Shown here: piece by piece, positions 24,453 to 37,627 of the stretch
Layout of the letters: each line of letters starts with the position of its first letter
Numbering within the stretch: position 1 is the first letter of the stretch
Assembly: GCA_964016885.1 (NCBI GenBank)
Contig: OZ024764.1
Coordinates: 21,576,001-21,640,000, forward strand
Reading direction: 5' to 3'
DNA length: 64,000 bases
DNA from: Eledone cirrhosa
Taxonomy: Eukaryota
The notes under the pieces: model-generated
Database searches by the model: none
Seen by the model: the letters and a program-made list of their open reading frames with translations, nothing else
What the model was told of the DNA's origin: nothing
Made by a program: the position numbers and the translations under genes

Positions 24453-25493
24453 ATATATATATATATAGTTAAATATTAGACAGGAACAAAAAGACAGGCA
24501 GTGCAAATGGTAGTTTATACCGAGAGAGAGACAGACAAACACATCTATACCCCTACTACAGTAAAACAAAACATATGTAAGGGGAACAACTCTCGTTACA
24601 TCCCCCCCTTCTTTTTGATATACGTCCTTTGCATACTTTGTTCCATGGAATCTGCTTTATTTTGTGTCCTAAGTAGATTTCTGTTTAATTATTTACGAGA
24701 TTCACAATGATTCACGTAACCAAGTTACTTACATAGAGATATATTTCACATAGAATCACAACAAATGAAAATATTAAGTCAACACTCTGTCAATCAGTCT
24801 CACATCACATGGGGTGCTGGAGTCTCCCTCTAATACTTTCTGAGACAGTCTTACCTCGAGTGATAGCAAGGCTAAGATGTTGGAACTACCAAACAGCCTC
24901 ATATGTATCACCTGACACCTCGGTAAGGAGAGCTGCCAACGATAATAAGAACCTCGTTGTCAGGGACCTATCTCCTCCAAACTTCTCCAACACCACAGAC
25001 TAGAATATTCTACTCTTTATTCCCTATCAAATATATTTCAGTCTAGTCATTTATCTTGTATCTTGTATATATATTTTCAAAACTAACTGTCACATTTGTG
25101 AGACCCCACTTAGTGATGTTTTCGTCTCCCTCCCACATCCTACATGCTGTAATAAAAGTGAGGGTCACTGCTTCTGCAGACGAACGAAATAAAAGTTAAA
25201 ATACCAGTAATTATCGGCAAAGTATTTATTCCAGTCTGTGATGTTTGAGAAGCTGGGCTGCTGACAACGAAGTTGTGGTCACTGTTGGCGGCTGGCTTTA
25301 CCGAAGTACCCGATGACTCTTGTGAGGGTACTTAGCTGTTCTGGCGGTTTAGCCTCCACGTAACCCGATCTTACCGAGATACCCGGTGATCTCTGTAAGA
25401 GTACTTAGCTGTTCTATTTTAATTACATTTACTGATTTCAACTTTCATTTTCTTTATTACAAACTTTACATAATTTAATTCGGTAAAAATATT

Positions 25494-25638
25494 TTACGTC
25501 ACAAAAAAACTTGACCTTTGACATTGAAGCATGCGCAGTGGTGCAGTTGTCGACTTCCTGTCCACGTGTTAGTCTTCCTACAACATCATTTAGAAAACAT
25601 TTCTGTAAATACTAAACACCTGAGACTATAATGTAAGT
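25494..25638 (+). promoter_or_regulatory. Putative promoter and non-coding exon 1 of ZNF paralog 2
   Basis: Same TTACGTCA, GCATGCGCA, ACTTCCTG and CACGTG motifs; donor GTAAGT at 25633. Confidence 0.7.
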
Positions 25639-26093
25639 ATTATGTCTATTAATATTGTAGATTTAAGCTCACTTTTCACATCACAAATATATATTTTCTT
25701 GTTTGTTTCATTACTGGAAATATAAAATGTTATCGTAATTATCTATATTTTACCTACCTCTAATTAATTAAAGTGAAAACTTTTGTTGTTGCTGAAAAAT
25801 AATTTAACAAAACTAAATATTTAAATATTCTAAAATATCGTTTTTATATTATGTGATGATATAATTAATATATTTTATTACAATTGTATAAATTTACAGT
25901 AGAATAACGTTGTAAATATGTTTTAAATATATACATAAATAACATAAGTGTGTAAATAACATTATAAATTGCTGGCAATTCCTTGAGAAAGACATTACAA
26001 ATATATTGTCTAAACTGTGTATAATAATATAATTTATTGAACAATAATGATAAAGGAAAGAAAAACACAGTGGGAGATGGCAATTGACCACCA

Positions 26094-29000
26094 AACGAGG
26101 TAAACATTTTCAACTTTCCCCTTTTTTTGCTTTGTCCGAGACAACTCAAAATATTCTTCAAGGAACTGGATTTTCCATTCGGTTGGATCGAACGGATTTT
26201 ACCATTTATAATCTACGGAGAGGAATAACAGATGTTCGGAGGAAAAAAGAATTGTTTGTGGCAACAACGTAGGGAACCAACCTGGAGCAATTGTATCACA
26301 CAATTATATTTTCCTCCTTAACATACACTTACAATTTTTCAAAATCAAACCCCCCAAATATAAAATATAAATAATTATAAATGGCGAGGAACCATCCCAT
26401 CTCCCTCTTGAAATAACCTGAATCTATTTATAGTCAGGTGTGACTAAAAGGTCAATCCATACTTCCATTCTATTTCACAGAATTAGAAGCTTTGACCACT
26501 TGATAGAATTCAGGTCCAGTAATGTAATCACTCCGTAATTGTAAACATCTTGTATCACTATCATTCAGGTTTTGATTTTACTTAAGTCTTGACCATGTTT
26601 TTTTTCTTTTTTCTTTTTTACACCAACTCACAATTTCGGTTTTTACTGCGGATTTCCCCATGCGAACTATTACACAAACTCTACAGCCTTAGATTTTGTA
26701 TTTCTAGCGTTTTTATTTTCCTTCTCTTGGCACGTTCAGTGCTCTTTCTCTCCCACTGTATTTATCTGCCTCTCACATGACCACACTCCTCTCCACGCAC
26801 TCATCATCTTCTCACTCCTTCTCCACCTTCCATCCCTCCCCTTGCTCAACCCTTACTTCCTCCTCGCGCACAGCCCACCTAGGTATTCGCTCAACCCGTC
26901 GGTGGCCCGATGTTTCGACCGAACTATTACCGGCGATTGCCGATTGCTAAAGTTGCCACCACTTTAACCTAGTCCACTCTAGGTGGGGGGTGGCATGCGT
27001 CGAACGACCAAGAGACCTGCTTGGTGGAACGACTATGTGACAACCGGTCAGCCTTCGACCTCTCATTCTCCACCAACTGCAGCACGCACGAGAGGTGTTA
27101 ACTTGCCCCCACCTACGCCTCCTCTCCTTCACGGCAGATTCCGAACGAATCCAACCTGGCCAACCACACCACCCCTACAACTGTTAGCTCACTACCCAAC
27201 CCCCGCTTTAGTCCCACCGTTAGAACTACTGTTGTCTCCTTTACTGACACACTCCCTTCAGCGAATTCCAACGCTGGCCCTCTACTGCCGGCTGTTGCCA
27301 GCCCGCCACCTGATTGCGCCCTCTGTGCTCGCACTAACCAGTACTTAAAGACAATTAAATGTCACCTATGCCACGCAAGCTACCACAGAAGCTGTGTCGG
27401 CATTACCAAAGCTCAAGCCGAAAGGCTTCAACACTGGACCTGTCATCGGTGTCACTTCAGCTCCGACTATTCCGTGGGGATGACCAACACTCTACCGACG
27501 ACTTTGCCACAGTCCCCCCCCAGTGCTTCTCCAAATCAAAGCTCGTTAACCGGACCCTTAAGGGAGCTCGGAACAGCTTTGCAGGTGCCCTCTCTAATTT
27601 ACTGAAAAACGTTTGCTCGTCCAACAATAGTCTGGCAGAAATTGTTTTTGTTTCCCCTCATCTCTCTTCACGTGCACAATGCGAACTCGGGTTCCCTCAA
27701 GTCCTCTCTCAAGCAGCAGTTCCAGCTGTTTGAGTCCACCCCAACCACGTCTCATCTCAGTTCGTCTCCGAGCTCGGTGTCCACTAACAGACAACCGGTA
27801 GACCTCAAGCGAGCCGTCAATGCCAAATTCAGTGAATTTGACATGAAAGGGGCTGTCCTCCCTTGCTCCATGCAACTCTGACTCTCGTGAGCGTCTGAAA
27901 GAGAAGCACTCCCAGATGATCAGCAACACTGGCCCGAACCACCAGAATACTTGAGACCGGTTTACACCACCAATATCATCAGAAAGGCAATTTCATCCTT
28001 CCCCGCTGGGTCAGGCGCGGGAATTGACGTCCTTCGTCCTCAACACCTCAAGGATGGTATCTCCTTATCGGCCGGTGATGCCGGACTCGAGCTCTTGGAG
28101 AGTCTGACTCAGTTTGTGAATCAGTGAACGTTCTCCCGTTCATCCGCCCACTGTTCTTCGGTGCGAAGCTATTTGGTCTCACCAAGCCCAACGAGGACCT
28201 GCGCCGCATTGCGGTTGGCTGCACACCTCGCCGCCTCACTGCAAAGGCTTGATTGCTGTTGGTCTCCAACCCAGTGGCGGAGGAATTTTCCCCCATCCAG
28301 CTGTGGGTGGGTACCAGGTTGGGATGTGTGGCTGCTGTCCACGCTGCCAGAACATTTGCCAACTTGCCCTCCTCATCCCCCAAGGTCATCCTCAAACTTG
28401 ACCTCAGGAATGCCTTCAACTCCGTCAGCCGTAACATCGTCCTCGGCTCAGTAAGAGAGAGGGTCCCACAACTCTACCACTTTGCTTGGCAGGCTTATCG
28501 GGAGCCCTCCTACCTCTCTTTCAGTGACCAGATCATCACCTCTGCCTCAGGAGTCCAACAGGGTGACCCACTCGGGACCCCCCCCCCCTGCACTGGACAT
28601 TGATGACGTCACCAAGATGGGGGCTGAGTTGGACCTCAATGTCTGGTAGCTCGACGACGCCTGTTTCGGGGGAACTCCGGATATGGTTCTCGCCACTGCC
28701 AACAGGATGGTGGAGGAGCTTGGCGCCGGGGTCTCCAGATCAATAGCTCCAAATGTGAGCTCTGGATCCTCAACCACCCGGCTTCTTAACACCAACAGCT
28801 GATCGACCTGTTCGCAGAGTCCTTCCCTTCCATCACAGTCCCACCCCCGTCGGCTTGGTGCTCCTTAGGAGCCCCGATCACAGACCTGGCCTTCGAGTCA
28901 ACCATCCAATCGAAGATGGTTGGCCTTGAGCAGCTGCTGAGGAATATTGAAGATATCGAACCCCATCAAGGTTTCTTCTTACTCAGGAACTACCTGTCTA

Positions 29001-30365
29001 TTCCTAAGCTTCTGTATCTGCTCAGGGTCAGCCCCTCTCACAGATTTCCATCCTGCCTCCAACGCTTCGACGACCTAATCTTCGAGAGACTCGAGTGTCT
29101 GGTCAATGTTAGTAAGTGTTCGTCCCTCTCTCTCCCCTGCTTCCTTTCCTCCACCCAAGCTTGCAGCATCCTCTCCTCTCCAACATGGACTAGTTCAAAC
29201 AGGGAGTTGTGTGAAGCTCTCCAGCAATGGAGTGAGTTGGGCTTGTCTCTTCCTGAGAAGGTGGAGGACAGTCGAAGTCAGAGAACTTGGGACATGATAT
29301 GTTGGAATGCCACCTTCGACTCCCTCTTCGTCCTCTCAGATCAGTTTACAAGGTGCCGCTTACCATCTGCCAGCGCCAAATACTCCGGTGACTGGGTCGA
29401 TGCCTTACCCGTGACCAACGTTGGAGGCCTACTCAGCCTGGATGAACTTCGTGTCTCCATCACCCTCAGAGTGGGAGCTGACGTCTGCATGGGTTTGAGA
29501 TGTGGCTAACTCCTCCACTCCACAGGCCCCCACGGTCTTTCTTGCCGCCTGAATGCCGGCCACTTTGCCCGTGACACGGAGCTAAACTTTATTCTGAAGA
29601 GAGCTTTGGCCCGGGCAAACATCCCTCAGTCTTGGAACCATCTGGGTTGTCCAGAAGTGACGGCAAAAGACCTGACGGCCTTACCCTGTGCCCCTGGTCG
29701 AGAGGCAGGTGCTTAATCTGGGACGTCACTGTTAGTGACTCCTTTGCTCTTTCCCACATGCTTGATGCTGCGGTAAGGACGAGAGCCACAGCTTCGGCAG
29801 CCGAGCGGAGTAAGACCCTCAAATACTCTGATCTGTCGGCCAGCTACATTTTTCACCCTGTGGCTTTCGAGACGTTTGGGGGAGTCGGGCCGCTGACTGC
29901 AAGGTTCCTTTCCTCACTGGCGGCTCGCCTTATAGAGGTAACTGGCGAAATCGCGAGGGCGCTTGGCTGTTCCAGCACCTCAGCCTCGCCATCACCCGAT
30001 GTAACACTGCCAGTGTTCTGGCTTACCTCAAAACTCATTAGAGAGGTTTCCCAGTACCCCTCGTTGCTGTCTTTTGCTCTGGTGTCCACCCCTTCCTTTA
30101 CATTTTCTTTAATATTGCAACATTGAAGGAATTTATCTTTCATTGTATCATCCTTTATAGTGTTACGGAGGCATTTGTAATGTTATTTATATATTTAAAA
30201 CATATTTGTTATGTTATTCTACTGTAAATTTATTTATATGCTCTGTTTATGTTTTCATTCTGAAGGAACTTATCCACTTGTGTTGATATAAGTGATTCTA
30301 TGACTTTCCTCTAAGCATTGTGTCATTATATATGTTATTATAAACGTGAATAAATTGAATTTATA
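26094..30365 (+). mobile_element. CRE-clade non-LTR retrotransposon (RT plus restriction-like endonuclease), frameshifted, with unexplained 5' DNA
   Basis: KPNEDLRRIAVGCTPRRL, LKLDLRNAFNSVSR, GVQQGDPLG, W*LDDACFGG, C..HGLSC knuckle, [22 protein letters not shown] and [10 protein letters not shown]. Absent at the paralogous ccaccaggtgtgataatagg sites (6308, 44503). Confidence 0.88.
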
Positions 30366-30460
30366 GTGTGATAATAGGCCACACCTCACACCCTAGGGGT
30401 TAACTACACACTTTGAGGCAAGCCAACACACTGGCAGCATTACAACGGGTGATGGTGAGG

Positions 30461-30975
30461 CTAAGGTGCTGAAATAACCAGGTACCCTCACGGGTATCAC
30501 CTGACGCCTCTGTAAGGTGAGGCTAAGGTGCTGAGATAACCAGGTACTCTTACGGATATCACCTGACACCTCAGTAAGGTGAGGCTACGGTGCTGAAATA
30601 ACCAGGTACCCTCACGGAAACGACTAGATTTGTAGAAAAAGTAGGGTGAAAGTATACAAAGAGATGTAGTTTCACAGATCTACTCACACCTCACGTTGGG
30701 TGGGAATAATTATTTTTCTTAGAATTCTTGCTATACCCCTTTTCCAGTATTTTTTCTCTGGACCCCTTAGATACTTGCGATAGACGTTTTATTTCCCAGT
30801 ATTAAGATTAGGGTTTCCGTTTTCAGGAAGAAAAGTCGATTGCAAACATCTAAGAGGTCGAGCAATGAAATTAAGGAAAGATAATTATTTCCCAGCCAAC
30901 TGGAGAAATGTGTAGCTCTTCTAAACTCCGATAATCCTGTCTCCCACTTCTTTATCTACAAATCTAGTCGTTTCC
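30461..30975. repeat. 62-bp tandem repeat plus foldback MITE (paralog 2 copy)
   Basis: Homologous to 6393-6903. Confidence 0.85.
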
Positions 30976-31689
30976 TGCTACTTTGTTCCCTGGGGTATGC
31001 CTTAGTATTTGAAACCATCTATCTGTCTTACTCCCTAACTAGAAAGAAGTCAATCTGTCTCATGTGCTCACCTGATTGGTAGGTTATTAGGTGGTTGGTA
31101 GGTTTCTTGAAGTGTTGCAAATGGTTAGTTCACTTGCATCACAAAATACAAGAAGCCTCACTCCTTCTTCATTTCTTGAGCCATAACCATGACCACCATG
31201 TACCCCAGTGTATCCATCCTGGAGCTGTCCAACATGACCATTGAAGTCCCCTTCTATTATAACTAGGTCTCTGTCATTGTGGTTATCTCTACTTATTCTT
31301 TTTCTACATATGGAGCAGGGCCACTTTCCTGAAGGTGTCAGGGTCTTCTCTCCTATCCATTAGCACTTTAGTTTTGGCTAAGTATATTCTCAGAACTTAC
31401 CATTTCAAATTCTATATCTATAGTTGGTCATCTACATAGAGAAGTTTCCATAGACAGCCAGTCTTAAACCTCTCTGTTATGGCTTGGAGAACTATGATGA
31501 ACAACAGTGGGCTAAGAACTAAACCATGATGAACTCCTACCTGTACCTTCAATTCTTCACTAGACACACTTTACTGACAGCTTCTCACAAGCCATTCTTC
31601 TACACCTAATTCCTTAACCCTTTAGTATATAAACTGGCCATATCTGGCCAGAATTGTCTCATATCTTTCTGTTCAAACTGGCCGTAATT

Positions 31690-33362
31690 AAATAATAATA
31701 ATAATAATGAAATTATTGTGTACAGTGCTCAGGTGCATGTATAGTACATAGAATAATGTACAAATGTCAGGAAAATGAACAGTGCATGAGTCATGATATA
31801 ATAACAATAATGAAATATTGTGTACAGTGCCCAGGTGCACCACAACTCATCAAAAAAGTGCATGTACAGTACATAGGGCAATGCACAAACATCAGTAAAA
31901 TGAACAGTGCACGAGTCATGATACACACGTGTGCATGTGTATGGAAGGGGTACATCAGGTGTAGTTTTGGCGTATTTCGGGAAGCTTGAGTGTCTTAAAG
32001 GATGCAGTGTCTCGGCAGCTAACAACTGACGCAGGCAGTTTGTTCCCTACTTCAGCAACTCTGAGCGTGATGGAGGGTATGTGCTTGGTTGCACGTCTCT
32101 GAACAATTTCCAGGAGGTCAATGTTCTGAGCAAGATAGGGGTTCCAGACTGATGATGCGAATTCCAAGTGTGGTCGTACCATAGCTGTATACAGTTTTAA
32201 ATAGATGGCTGGAGAGCGGCTAACAAAGGTCTTGCTGAGTGATGCCAAGACACCCTCGGCCTTCTTGACAATCTTAGAGACATGCTTTGTCCAACGCAAA
32301 TCGTTGCTGACAGTAATGCCCAGGTCACGTTCACAAGAGGACTTTTTGATATCAGTGTTGTGGAGGGAGTATGTGGACGCTGGATTTTTCCTTCCAAAAT
32401 GCATGGTGGTACACTTATCCACAGCCAGCTTCAGTTGCCAGTCTGTGATCCATTGCTGCATTGTGTCCAGGTCTGATTGTAGGAAAGAGTTGTAAATTTC
32501 AGGATCAGTCCTTTTGATTTCAGGGTACAGCTTGATGTCATCTGCATATTTCAGTACCATGGCATTCTGTAAGTTGGCATCTATGTCATTAATATATGCC
32601 ACAAACAAAAGAGGACCAAGAACAGATCCCTGTGGTAGACCAGATGACATCTCATATGGTGAAGAATGCTGTCCTAGAACCGTGACTACTTCCTTTCGGC
32701 TGAGAATGAAGGATTTCAACCAGTCGAAAAGATCATCCCTCACACCCATTGCAGAGAGTTTTGCCATAAGTCTTTTGTGTGGCACAGAATTAAAAGCCTT
32801 AGCAAAGTCAAGGTAAACAACATACACCCATGAGCCGCTGTCAGTGATCCGGGTGATGTCCTCAAGGAACTCGATAAGCTGATGACAGCAGCTGGAGTTA
32901 GGGATAAATCCAAACTGTGAGGGCCGGATGAGGCTGTGAGAGCTCCAGAAGTTCCAAAGTGTTTCTCTGACACAGGATTCCATCAGTTTGGCCATACAGC
33001 TAGTAAGACTGACTGGATGATAGTTGACAGGTGACATGCGGTTGCTCTTTTTGAACAGGGGAATGACACTGGCAGTTTTCCACTGCTCCGGAGTAGCACC
33101 ATTGTTGAGACAGTATTGAAAGAAGAAAGAAAGCTGGCGCAAAAGGAAATACCCACCACATTTGAGAAGCAGGTATGTCACACCATCAAGACCAGGGGCG
33201 GCATAGTTGCGCTTATTCTTAAGGTGACGTCGCAACATTGCAGGTGTAAATTCCATAGTTGTTATGGAATTTGATGTTAGAGATGGTGGAGATGGTACAT
33301 TCTGGTTTTCAACAGTAAAAATACTTGCATAGCACTCAGCAACGAGTTCTGCGCATTCCTTG
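31690..33362 (-). mobile_element. 5'-truncated CR1-type LINE inserted in the piggyBac MITE
   Basis: RT ORF, (ATT)n tail at 31690-31708 and a possible ATT TSD. Empty site ccgtaactggtca at about 13790. Confidence 0.9.
31955..33256 (-). CDS. CR1-type reverse transcriptase (partial ORF2, 433 aa)
   Basis: YLDFAKAFNSVPH, GLPQGSVLGPLLF, YADDIK, ERDLGI and VRPHLEFASSVWNP. Lacks the endonuclease and probably has an internal deletion near the C-terminus. Confidence 0.8.
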   Translation of the reverse strand: MEFTPAMLRRHLKNKRNYAAPGLDGVTYLLLKCGGYFLLRQLSFFFQYCLNNGATPEQWKTASVIPLFKKSNRMSPVNYHPVSLTSCMAKLMESCVRETLWNFWSSHSLIRPSQFGFIPNSSCCHQLIEFLEDITRITDSGSWVYVVYLDFAKAFNSVPHKRLMAKLSAMGVRDDLFDWLKSFILSRKEVVTVLGQHSSPYEMSSGLPQGSVLGPLLFVAYINDIDANLQNAMVLKYADDIKLYPEIKRTDPEIYNSFLQSDLDTMQQWITDWQLKLAVDKCTTMHFGRKNPASTYSLHNTDIKKSSCERDLGITVSNDLRWTKHVSKIVKKAEGVLASLSKTFVSRSPAIYLKLYTAMVRPHLEFASSVWNPYLAQNIDLLEIVQRRATKHIPSITLRVAEVGNKLPASVVSCRDTASFKTLKLPEIRQNYT

Positions 33363-34603
33363 ATTGGTCACTTATACTTATGTTAAGGTATTGTTCTCAA
33401 AATAAATAACATGAAAATCTCATAGATTTGATATTATGTGAGATAAAGCATTTACTGTGAAAATATAATAGTAAATATTGAGTAATGTGAATACTAAAGG
33501 GTTAATCTAATGTCACTAATAACTACTTTTATCAGTCAGTTCAATCTAATGTCACTAATAACTACTTTTATCAGTCAGTTTAATCTAATGTCACTAATAA
33601 CTACTTTTATCAGTCAGTTTAATCTACTGCCACTAATAACTAACCTATGTTAGGCAGCACATTCTTCACCAAGGAAGGCCTTAGTATTTATTACAGTCCA
33701 TTTATCAATATAGAAATATTATATGAAATTTGTACTGATGTATTACAAGTTTCTGAGTATCTTATAATGTTCTTTTATTATTTCAGAATACCAGAGGACA
33801 TTGGCATTAAAGAGCACGTTACATCAGACATATCCTCAACATTAACCATCTCTAATGAAAGACACTACCCATCATTTTCAAATAATTTTGAAAACACTCA
33901 ACACTTTGAAGGGATTTAGTAATATAACTAAATTTCTCAGTATTAAGCTGCTATTTGGAACATAACTTTGCACAATTTCATGAAGTTACAATGGAAAGTT
34001 TTTAGATAAATATAAAGACTGGTATGAAAAGGATAAAACACTTTTATATCAGTTGTTTCATCAACACTATTATTTAAAGATTAAAGGAAGCTGTTATACA
34101 GAACAGATACAGCCTTGTTTATATAAATCTATGGGAGAAATACTGGGAAATATTTCTTCTAAACTCAATAACACTTCTATTCTTTGCTGTCTGGAATATG
34201 TAGAAGATACAAAATAAAGCTGAAGAAATTTACACATGATTTTGTAAGATCTTCATATATTGACAAAGATGATAGTTGATGGAACTACAGGAGTAGAAAT
34301 ATTTCCATTATTACAGGAATAACTAATCAAATAAAAACCAGAAAAATTAGATTCTTCACTGTCTGGAATATGTACAAGATGATTTTATATGTATATTAAA
34401 CTTGAAGACATCTACAAAACAGTTTGTATCATCTTTAAATATAAAGAAAGACCAAGTTGATGGAAATATATCTGGAGGAATATGTTTTAGGAATAATATT
34501 ATAAATATAAAGAAGAAAAATATCCATATATTGCGAGGAGAAAAATATTAAAACTGTGAATTATGTGAGAAACTGAGGTCATTGATATCTTTTAGTAGGA
34601 GTT

Positions 34604-35803
34604 ATGTCGAAAAATATAGTAAAATCACCATTCCACTGTGATATCTGTGGTAAATCATTCTCTCGTAGTAATCAGCTAACTACTCCCAAACGTATTCATA
34701 CAGGAGAGAAGCCTTATCACTGTGAAATCTGTGGTAAATCATTCAGTTACGGTAGTAGCATCAGAGTTCACAAGCAAATTCATACAGGAGAGAAGCCACA
34801 TCACTGTGACATCTGTAGTAAATCATTCTCTTGCAGAGATAGCTTAACTGATCACAAACGTATTCATACAGGAGAGAAGCCACATCACTGTGACATCTGT
34901 GGTAAATCATTCTCTTGCAGAGATAGCTTAACTACTCATAAACGTATTCATACAGGAGAGAAGCCATATCACTGTGATATCTGCGGTAAATCATTCGCTG
35001 ACAGAAGTTGCTTAGCTACCCACAGACGTACTCATACAGGAGAGAAGCCATATCACTGTGACATCTGCGGTAATTCATTCTCTCAGAGCAATCACCTAAC
35101 TACTCACAAACGTATTCATACAGGAGAGAAGACATATCAGTGTGACATCTGTGGTAATTCATTCTCTCATAGTAATAACCTAACTACTCACAAACGTACT
35201 CATACGGGAGACAAACCATATCACTGTGACATCTGTGGTAAATCATTTGCTGACAGAAGTTGCTTAGCTACCCACAGACGTACTCATACAGGAGAGAAGC
35301 CATATCACTGTGACATCTGTGGTAAATCATTCTCTCGTAGTAATCACCTAACTATCCACAAACGTACTCATACAGGAGAGAAGCCATATCAGTGTGACAT
35401 CTGTGGTAATTCATTCTCTCATAGTAATAACCTAACTACTCACAAACGTACTCATACAGGAGAGAAGCCATATCACTGTGACATCTGTGGTAAATCATTC
35501 TCTCGTAGTAATCACCTAACTTTCCACAAACGTACTCATACAGGAGAGAAGCCATATCACTGTGACATCTGTGGTAAATCATTCTCTCGTAGTAATCACC
35601 TAACTATCCACAAACGTACTCATACAGGAGAGAAGCCATATCACTGTGACATCTGTGGTAAATCATTCTCTCATAGTAATCACCTAACTCTCCACAATCG
35701 TACTCATACAGGAGAGAAGCCATATCACTGTGACATCTGTGGTAAATCATTCTCTCTTAGAGGTAACTTAACCAGGCATGTGCGTATTCATACAGAAGTT
35801 TAG
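34604..35803 (+). CDS. C2H2 zinc-finger protein paralog 2, 14 fingers (finger 1 has His to Pro)
   Basis: 399-aa open frame of 28-aa TGEKP-linked repeats with no effector domain. Confidence 0.93.
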   Translation: MSKNIVKSPFHCDICGKSFSRSNQLTTPKRIHTGEKPYHCEICGKSFSYGSSIRVHKQIHTGEKPHHCDICSKSFSCRDSLTDHKRIHTGEKPHHCDICGKSFSCRDSLTTHKRIHTGEKPYHCDICGKSFADRSCLATHRRTHTGEKPYHCDICGNSFSQSNHLTTHKRIHTGEKTYQCDICGNSFSHSNNLTTHKRTHTGDKPYHCDICGKSFADRSCLATHRRTHTGEKPYHCDICGKSFSRSNHLTIHKRTHTGEKPYQCDICGNSFSHSNNLTTHKRTHTGEKPYHCDICGKSFSRSNHLTFHKRTHTGEKPYHCDICGKSFSRSNHLTIHKRTHTGEKPYHCDICGKSFSHSNHLTLHNRTHTGEKPYHCDICGKSFSLRGNLTRHVRIHTEV

Positions 35804-37240
35804 CTGTATCAATATCAAACTCATTACATCATACAACAACAACAACAACAATTGTGTAGATCCATCATCCTTGCTAAAACTGGGGATAACCTTGTAGGTT
35901 TTACCTAGGACAGGGATCATAAACACCAGGTTTCCATTTTTGAAGCAGTGTTTGAAGATTTTGTGTAAATTAAAGTTTTTCACATTTAACTTTGATTTAT
36001 TATACTTTAACAGGTAAGATATATATTTGTATTTTTAGTAAAGGTTGGGAACTTCTGTAATTTAAACCTGCCAATAAAATGAAAACTTTTGTTGTTGCTA
36101 GTCAGACATTGGTATTAATTCTATTGTCCTGTACATTGTCTCAAATATCACAGATTAAACAGATTTTAACAATATCAACAGAAATCAATAACTTGTAAGC
36201 CTAATATCTAGCTTCCATTTTAACTATTTGATATTGTTGTTCCCCTCCTGTCACTTCAGGTCTTTTAGATTTCAACTTCTATCTACTGTACTATTCCATC
36301 ACCAAGGCAACATTCATCTGGCTGGCAGCTTACATCAACTACAGATCTCATCAGTGGTTCACAACAAGCTGTCTGAAAGAAACTTCCAGATATCTTCTAT
36401 ATCATAGCTATCAATCTCCTCCTCCTTATCATATGTACCACTCTCACAGTCCCTCTAGATCTTATATTTAACAAGGAGATCTTTTACTATCTCTACCCTT
36501 TTCTCTAGGTTGTCTTGTAGCACTCTCACAGTCCCTATAGATCTTATATTTAACGGGGAGATTCTTTACTGTCTCTACTCTTTTCTCTAGGTTGTCTTGT
36601 TCCTCTCTCACAGTCCCTATATATATCTTATATTTAACAGGGAGATCTTTTACTATCCCTACCCTTTTCTCTAGATTGTCTTGTATCTCTTTTACAGTCC
36701 CTCTAGATCTTATATTTAACAGGGAGATCTTTTACTAGCCCTACCCTTTTCTCTAGGTTTTCTTTTACCTCTCTCACAGTCCCTCTAGATCTTATATTTA
36801 ACAGGGAGATCTTTTACTCTCCAACCCTTTTCTCTAGGTCGTCTTGTACCTCCCTCACAATCCCAGTAGATCTTATATTTAACAGGGAGATCTTTTACTC
36901 TCCAACCCTTCTACAGATAGTCTTGTATATGTCATTCCCTCTAGATCTTACACCTCGTATCTAGTCTATGTTGAGTGGTACGTCTTTCTCCAGTAAAGGA
37001 GTTAATATTCCCAACCATGTGTCTATCCTGTTTTCTGATGAGAATGAAGTCAATCTAGTTTATCTCTTCACCTGATTGAAGTAACTAGATCAAGTAACTA
37101 GATGGTTTCCTGTAAGTTAGTGTTGCAGTGTTTGTGTCACCATGTAAGGTTTATATCTATTAATATAGAGATGTAGTAAAGTTTTCACTGTTGTATCTCT
37201 ACTTTCTAAATATCTTAATAATGTTTCTCTACTATTTCAG

Positions 37241-37627
37241 AATATCACATGACCTTGACAGAAAAGAGTCCTTTAAAGACAACAGAAAGATGTTACATAC
37301 AAGTGATATAAACTTGTTTAGTCTGTGGTGAATTATGGTGAAATATTTCTTCTGAATTGAGATAAATATTTTCCTTTTTCACTGTCTGGAATATTTACAA
37401 GATGATTTTACATTCTGATTAAACTTTAGATATTTACAAAGGAGTTTTCAAAATATTTGGATATTGACAAAGATCACATTTGGTAAAAATTATGAACAAT
37501 AGAAATATTTACATCAACATAGGAATATTTTCCAGAAGAGATGGGAAAATCATTATACCACTGTAATATTTGTGGTAAAGTATTCTCTCTTCTTTATATG
37601 TAGAACATCTAACTAAACACTTTAACT
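37241..37627 (+). pseudogene. Decayed ZNF exon relic (copy)
   Basis: Homologous to 18117-18507. Confidence 0.65.

Noticed and set aside
26858-26872. cctcctcgcg resembling the HDV ribozyme L3 loop
   Set aside because: The flanks do not form the required P1/P3 pairings.
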